This document shows, piece after piece, positions 58,686 to 64,000 of a DNA stretch of 64,000 nt. Every line of letters starts with the position of its first letter. Position 1 is the stretch's first letter. The notes under the pieces were generated by a model that did no database searches, was not told the DNA's origin, and was given only the letters and a program-made list of their open reading frames with translations. The DNA lies in NCBI GenBank assembly GCA_958347015.1, contig CATVTV010000003.1:77462-141461 (forward strand), read 5' to 3'. Position numbers and translations under genes: made by a program. This DNA comes from an uncultured Collinsella sp. Its GTDB lineage: Bacteria > Actinomycetota > Coriobacteriia > Coriobacteriales > Coriobacteriaceae.

Positions 58686-61328
58686 CTACAGCGCGCCGGA
58701 ACCGGCTTGCATCATGCCGCCGGGGCCCGAGGTCACGCCGCCGCTCACGGGCGCGGCGTTGCCGGTGTGCGGTGCCGCCGGGGCGGTATCGCCACCGAGC
58801 GTGCCCGCCGGACGCGGTGCCGGGATCTCGCCCGTGCCGTGGCCAAAGACAAACTTGCCATCGGCCACGTCGCACAGGACGGTATCGCCCTCGCCCCACT
58901 CGCCGGCCAGAAGCTCCTCGGACAGCGGGTCCTCGATGAGCTTTTGAATAGCACGGCGCAGCGGACGCGCACCGTTGGTGAGGTCGGTACCCTCGGCCAC
59001 GATCTTGTCATAGGCCGCATCGGTGAGCTTGATGTTCATACCGTTGGCAATCAAACGCTGACGCAGATCGTCCACCAGCAGGTGCGCGATCTTGGTGAGA
59101 TTCTCGCCCGAGAGCTTCTGGAACACCACAATGTCGTCGATACGGTTGAGCAGCTCAGGGCGGAACAGGCGCTTGAGCTCGCCCATCGCGCGGCCGCGGA
59201 TCTCACTCGAGGTGAGGCCCTGCTCGCCGGTGGTGCCAAAGCCAACGCTTGCATCCTGCGCAATCTCGCGGGCGCCCACGTTAGACGTCATGATGATCAC
59301 GGTGTTGCGGAAGTCGACCGTCTTGCCCTGGCTATCGGTCAGACGACCCTCCTCCAGCACCTGCAGCAAGATGTTGAAGATATCGGGGTGCGCCTTCTCG
59401 ATCTCGTCGAACAGCACGACCGAGTACGGATGGCGACGAACGGCCTTGGTGAGCTGGCCACCCTCGTCGTGACCGACGTAACCCGGAGGGCTACCGATGA
59501 GCTTGGAGACCTCGAACTCGCTACCGAACTCGGACATGTCGAAGCTGATGAGCGCATCCTTGTTGCCAAAGAGGTACTCGGCGAGCGTCTTGGCGAGCTC
59601 GGTCTTGCCCGTGCCGGTGGGACCCAGGAAGATAAAGCTGCCGCCGGGGCGACGCGGATCCTTGAGCGGCGAGCGGCTGCGGCGCACGGCCTTGGCAACT
59701 GCCTCGACAGCCTCATCCTGACCGATGATGCGCGTCTTGAGCACGCTTTCGGCTTGCAGCAGGCGACGGCTCTCGCTCTCGGTAAGCGAAGACACCGGCA
59801 CGCCCGAAGTCACGGACACGATGTCGGCGATCTGGGAGACATCGATGGTGAGCGGGCTGGCGTCGAGCTCGGCGGTCCAGGCGGCCTTGGCCTCGGCGAG
59901 CTCAATCTCGGCGGCCTTCTGCTGCTCAGTGATCTCGGCGGCCTTGTTCATGTCGTCGCTCTCGGTGGCCTCCTGCGCGGCGGCCTTAAGCTCCTCCACG
60001 CGATGCTCGGCCTCACGCACCGGCTCGGGCGCGCGATTCGCGGCGATGCGAGCGCGGGCACCGGCCTCGTCAATGAGGTCGATAGCCTTATCGGGCAGGA
60101 AGCGATCCTGGATGTAGCGGTTGGAAAGGTTCGCGGCGGCCTCGATAGCACCCTGCGTATAGCGCACATGGTGGTGCTCCTCGTAGCGCGGCTTGAGCGC
60201 GGTCAGGATCTTGACCGTGTCCTCGACGCTCGGCTCCTCGACATCGATGGTCTGGAAGCGACGCTCGAAGGCCGGGTCCTTGGTGAGGTACTTGCGGAAT
60301 TCCTCGGCCGTGGTGGCGCCGATAATCTGGAAGGCACCGCGCGCGAGCACGGGCTTGAGCATGGAGCTCGCGTCGATGGAGCCCTCGGCAGAACCGGCAC
60401 CGATGATAGTGTGCATCTCGTCGATAAACAGGATGACGTCGTCGGCTTCGGTGGCCTCCTGGATCACGTTCTTGAGGCGCTCCTCAAACTCGCCGCGATA
60501 CTTGGCACCCGCAACGAGGCCTGGCAGGTCGAGCGTCCAGATATTCTGGTTCATGAGGTTCTCGGGCACGTTGCCGGCTGCAATCTGCTGAGCCAGGCCC
60601 TCGACGATGGCCGTCTTGCCCACGCCGGGGTCGCCCAGAATGAGCGGGTTGTTCTTGGTGCGGCGCGAAAGAATTTCCATCATACGCTGGACTTCCTTTT
60701 CGCGACCGATTACAGGGTCGAGCTCGCCGTCGCGCGCCTTCTGCGTGAGGTTGGTCGCGAACTGCTTAAGCGTATCGGTGCCACTCCCCTTTTGCTGAGA
60801 GGCATCCGAGCCGCTAAAGAACGGCAGGCCCGCACCGGGACGACCGGCACCGGCGCCGGCGAGCGGACGCTTCTTGTCCTGGTCCTTGGCGGTGAGTTTC
60901 TCGATAGCCTTTTTGATGGAGGCGGACGACACACCCAGGCGCATGAGGATGTCCATGGCCATGCCGTTGCCCTCTTCGACGATGCCGATCAGCAAGTGCT
61001 CGGTCGACACGTAGGTCTGGTTGTTCTCACGCGCCACGCGGAACGAACGCTCCATCACGCTAATGACGAGCGGCGTAAAGGCGAGCTTGGCCGCCTCGGT
61101 CTCCTCACTGGGCTCGGGAACCGTGGTCTGGACCTCTTTGAGAGTATCCATGATGTCATCGTAGGAGATGTCGAGCGAACGCAGCGCCTCGGCGGCAATG
61201 CCCTCGTCCTCCTTGGCAAGCGCGAGCAGCAGGTGCTCGGTGCCCACCTTATTTGAATGAAGATCGAGCGCCTCCTGCTTGGCCATGGACATGACCTTAC
61301 GCGCGCGATCGGTAAATCTATCTAACAT
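58686..61328 (-). CDS. clpC: ATP-dependent Clp protease ATPase subunit
   Basis: Clp N repeats, GDPGVGKT and GPTGTGKT Walker A motifs, short middle domain, VGF loop. Confidence 0.95.
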   Translation of the reverse strand: MLDRFTDRARKVMSMAKQEALDLHSNKVGTEHLLLALAKEDEGIAAEALRSLDISYDDIMDTLKEVQTTVPEPSEETEAAKLAFTPLVISVMERSFRVARENNQTYVSTEHLLIGIVEEGNGMAMDILMRLGVSSASIKKAIEKLTAKDQDKKRPLAGAGAGRPGAGLPFFSGSDASQQKGSGTDTLKQFATNLTQKARDGELDPVIGREKEVQRMMEILSRRTKNNPLILGDPGVGKTAIVEGLAQQIAAGNVPENLMNQNIWTLDLPGLVAGAKYRGEFEERLKNVIQEATEADDVILFIDEMHTIIGAGSAEGSIDASSMLKPVLARGAFQIIGATTAEEFRKYLTKDPAFERRFQTIDVEEPSVEDTVKILTALKPRYEEHHHVRYTQGAIEAAANLSNRYIQDRFLPDKAIDLIDEAGARARIAANRAPEPVREAEHRVEELKAAAQEATESDDMNKAAEITEQQKAAEIELAEAKAAWTAELDASPLTIDVSQIADIVSVTSGVPVSSLTESESRRLLQAESVLKTRIIGQDEAVEAVAKAVRRSRSPLKDPRRPGGSFIFLGPTGTGKTELAKTLAEYLFGNKDALISFDMSEFGSEFEVSKLIGSPPGYVGHDEGGQLTKAVRRHPYSVVLFDEIEKAHPDIFNILLQVLEEGRLTDSQGKTVDFRNTVIIMTSNVGAREIAQDASVGFGTTGEQGLTSSEIRGRAMGELKRLFRPELLNRIDDIVVFQKLSGENLTKIAHLLVDDLRQRLIANGMNIKLTDAAYDKIVAEGTDLTNGARPLRRAIQKLIEDPLSEELLAGEWGEGDTVLCDVADGKFVFGHGTGEIPAPRPAGTLGGDTAPAAPHTGNAAPVSGGVTSGPGGMMQAGSGAL

Positions 61329-61520
61329 GCTCGTTTCCTTACATGAGTTCATCGAAATCAAAACGCCCGCCCGTCGGCGGCGCTTTTGTCTCTTTACCCA
61401 CAGGTTGTCTATGTTAACAGCTGGAGGAATATCTATAAACCCGGCTCACATGAATGCAGGTTATGACCGCATCGCGGGACTCACCGCGCGATGCGCGACA
61501 GGCGCCCCGCAAGAGAAACC

Positions 61521-62210
61521 CTAGGCGTCTTTCACCACGTCGGGACTCGTCGCACGCGATGCGCGATAGGCATCGGCCTCCTTGGAGACGCGTTCGAGCA
61601 GCTCGGATGTATCGACGCCCTCGACTTGCGCGACCGTTTCCACCGTCTGCATGGCGACCGCCCTCAGGTACGCGCACGCGCTGTCCCCCAGCTGCTCGAG
61701 GTCTATCTCCTCGCCGCCCTCCCGGGCAAAGCCGACCGCCATCACAAAGCCCATGATGCCCGAGACCAGAAAGCCCACCGCAAAGCTCGAATCTGCCTTG
61801 AGCTCTTCTCCGTCGGGGTGGACGATCTCTCTCACGCGGTCGATGATGATCGTATGGATGCCCTGCACGACCTGCTCGGCGGCACCCGCCCTCATGGTGA
61901 TGACGATGCGCCGCAGCAGGCAGCGGACGTCGCGCCGGTCGAACGCCGAAAGGTCGCCCTCGCTCGAAAAATGCCAGAGGACATCGGTGATGAGCTCGTT
62001 ATCCTGCAGCAGCTGGGCTATGGCGATGGCGACGAGTTCATCGAAATCGTGAAAATAGTAGTAAAACGTTCCGCGATTGCACTGGGCGGCGCGGGTCACC
62101 TCGCCAACCGACAGCTCGAAGATGCTGTTGTTCTCGATGAGCTCCCAAAACGCCTCGATGATACGGGTGCGTGCATCGGGCGCATCGGCGTCCTTACGCG
62201 GTCTCGCCAT
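61521..62210 (-). CDS. TetR/AcrR-family regulator
   Basis: MARPRK..SVGEVTRAAQCNRGTFYYYFHD. Confidence 0.88.
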   Translation of the reverse strand: MARPRKDADAPDARTRIIEAFWELIENNSIFELSVGEVTRAAQCNRGTFYYYFHDFDELVAIAIAQLLQDNELITDVLWHFSSEGDLSAFDRRDVRCLLRRIVITMRAGAAEQVVQGIHTIIIDRVREIVHPDGEELKADSSFAVGFLVSGIMGFVMAVGFAREGGEEIDLEQLGDSACAYLRAVAMQTVETVAQVEGVDTSELLERVSKEADAYRASRATSPDVVKDA

Positions 62211-64000
62211 GCGCCTCACCGCACCCCTGCGCCTTGGCGTTCATGATGAGCATCTGAAGACGGTTCTCCACGTTGGCGAAGCTCACGTCGGGATCGTAGT
62301 CGAGCGGCAGGAACTGCGCCGTGGGATACTGCTCCTTGAGCGCATGGATGAGCCCGCGCCCCACGACATGGTTGGGCAGACACCCGAACGGCTGCAGGAT
62401 CACGAAGTTGCGGCAGCCGCGCTTGGCGTGCTCGAGGATCTCCGCCGGAATCAGCACGCCCTCGCCCGCATCGAACGTATGGTGCAGGATCTTATCGCTC
62501 GCGCGCACGAGCTCGGGCATGCGCGTCGGCGGCTCGTAGAGCGGGCTCGCCGCGCCCAGGCGGTCGCAACGGTCGTGCGCGAGCTCGAACAGGTTGTCCG
62601 CCGTGGCGTACCAGGCCTTTTCGGGCAGCGACAGGTCGACGTGGAACTCGCGCGACTGCGCATGCTTGTAGAAATAGGTCTTGCGGATCACGTCGGTCAT
62701 GCGCGCCTCGATGACCTCGAGCCCGTTGTCCTCGAGGTAGCGCTCGATCTCGTGGTTGGCGCCGAGATGGAAATTGAGCAGGTACTCGCCCACGATGAGA
62801 ACGGTCGGATGCGGGTTCGAGCGGTCGTACGGAACGGCGTCCATGATCGCAAGCGCGCGTTTGAAGCCCGTCGCCTGGCCTCTCAGCCCGGAGCGCTCCA
62901 TGCCCTCGATAACCTCATCGAGCGCGCGGTCGAACGCAGCGTCCGCCGCGCCCTTCTCGAGCTCGTAGGGACGGATGCGCCTAAGCATGGCCTCGAGGGC
63001 ATCGATCATGGGAAGACCGTAGGCGATCTGGATGCTCGGGCCAAGGCCGAGCTTGAAGCCCGGATGCGCATTGTGGGCATCGACGTCGTCGTTGGTGAGC
63101 ACCGGGACATAGTCGTATCCCGCGTCGTCGAGCGCGCGGCGCAGCAGGGGCATGTAGTGCGTCAGGCGGCAGTCGCCGATATACTTGCCAGTCACCACGG
63201 CGACGTCGTGCGGGTCGTACTTACCGCTCTCGAGTGCCGCGAGCGCCTCGCCGATCACGATTTGCGCGGGGAAGCAGATGTCGTTGTGCACATAGCGTTT
63301 GCCCAGGCGGATGGCATCCTCGCGCCCGATATCAAGGGCCTCGGCGCGCACGCCCTGATTGCGCATCGCCGCGGTCATGAGCCTGCAGAACGCATGGGAG
63401 GTGTTGGGGACCAGCGCGATCTTGTCGTGCCGGTCGCGCTTGGTGTACTTGACCTTATACGGGTCGTCGAGCGGATGGACCGCGTGCACCCGGGCGCCCT
63501 CGGCACGCTCCTCCGCGCGACGACGGTTGACCGACTCGATAAACGAACGCACGCGAATGCCCATGGGACCGGCGACGTCGCTCTCATCGAGCTTGATCAT
63601 CATCGGAACCTTGGAGCCCATCTCGCCCATCATGCGCGCGATCTCGTCGGTGAGATACGCATCGTGGCCGCAGCCGAAGCTGCCCATCTGCACGAGCTCG
63701 AGCTCGGGCGTCGATGCGACGATGACCGCGCACGACAGCATGCGCGCATGGTAGTTGTTCACGATGTCGATGCGGCTGTTGGAAAGATCGACGTTGCAGA
63801 CCCCCGGCACCGCATCGGGCGTCAGCACGGGGATGCCGCGCTCAGAGAAGAGCTTGGGCAGCCCGTGGTTGACCAGCGGGTCGTTGTGGTACGGGCGCGA
63901 AGCGATCACCACCGCGTAGCCGCCGTCCTCGCGCACGTTCTCGAGCACTTGCCTGCCGCGCAGCTGCAGCTGGTTCTCAAACGTCTGCTGCGCGCGGTCC
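62194..64000 (-). CDS. 2-hydroxyacyl-CoA dehydratase/activase-related multidomain protein (3' part; runs off window end)
   Basis: SRPYHNDP, SFGCGHD, HNDICFPA, GDCRLTHY, QPFGCLPNH, NVENRL. Confidence 0.85.
   Translation of the reverse strand, partial: DRAQQTFENQLQLRGRQVLENVREDGGYAVVIASRPYHNDPLVNHGLPKLFSERGIPVLTPDAVPGVCNVDLSNSRIDIVNNYHARMLSCAVIVASTPELELVQMGSFGCGHDAYLTDEIARMMGEMGSKVPMMIKLDESDVAGPMGIRVRSFIESVNRRRAEERAEGARVHAVHPLDDPYKVKYTKRDRHDKIALVPNTSHAFCRLMTAAMRNQGVRAEALDIGREDAIRLGKRYVHNDICFPAQIVIGEALAALESGKYDPHDVAVVTGKYIGDCRLTHYMPLLRRALDDAGYDYVPVLTNDDVDAHNAHPGFKLGLGPSIQIAYGLPMIDALEAMLRRIRPYELEKGAADAAFDRALDEVIEGMERSGLRGQATGFKRALAIMDAVPYDRSNPHPTVLIVGEYLLNFHLGANHEIERYLEDNGLEVIEARMTDVIRKTYFYKHAQSREFHVDLSLPEKAWYATADNLFELAHDRCDRLGAASPLYEPPTRMPELVRASDKILHHTFDAGEGVLIPAEILEHAKRGCRNFVILQPFGCLPNHVVGRGLIHALKEQYPTAQFLPLDYDPDVSFANVENRLQMLIMNAKAQGCGEAHGETA

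Overview
High-GC actinobacterial chromosome segment. Gene content, AsnRS and RNAP features suggest Coriobacteriia, probably Collinsella-like (inference). The backbone is the conserved minus-strand information-processing region: clpC ... disA-ispD-ispF-cysS-rlmB-NYN, tRNA-Thr/Tyr/Thr/Met, tuf, rpmG, tRNA-Trp, secE-nusG-rplK-rplA, rplJ-rplL, rpoB-rpoC, rpsL-rpsG-fusA-rpsJ. Accessory blocks interrupt it: an ECF sigma/anti-sigma cassette between rpoC and rpsL, galU between rplL and rpoB, about 25 kb of metabolic/transport genes between rplA and rplJ, and mntP-hipBA-pepD-relB/PIN between clpC and disA. I found no transposase, integrase or cas gene. Most unusual observations: (1) several families of palindromic intergenic elements, including strictly periodic alternating inverted-repeat arrays (62-bp and 80-bp period), GGGACAGG-loop hairpins that bracket gene modules, and long nested hairpins with conserved cores but different stems; (2) a strong local strand-specific G-to-A synonymous skew next to one long hairpin; (3) an RNAP alpha-CTD-like domain fused to the RpoC C-terminus, plus atypical substitutions in RNAP core motifs; (4) a cytoplasmic ParB/Srx-like + BMP nucleoside-binding fusion translationally coupled to a metallophosphoesterase. 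All assignments come from reading motifs by eye; no database searches were run.
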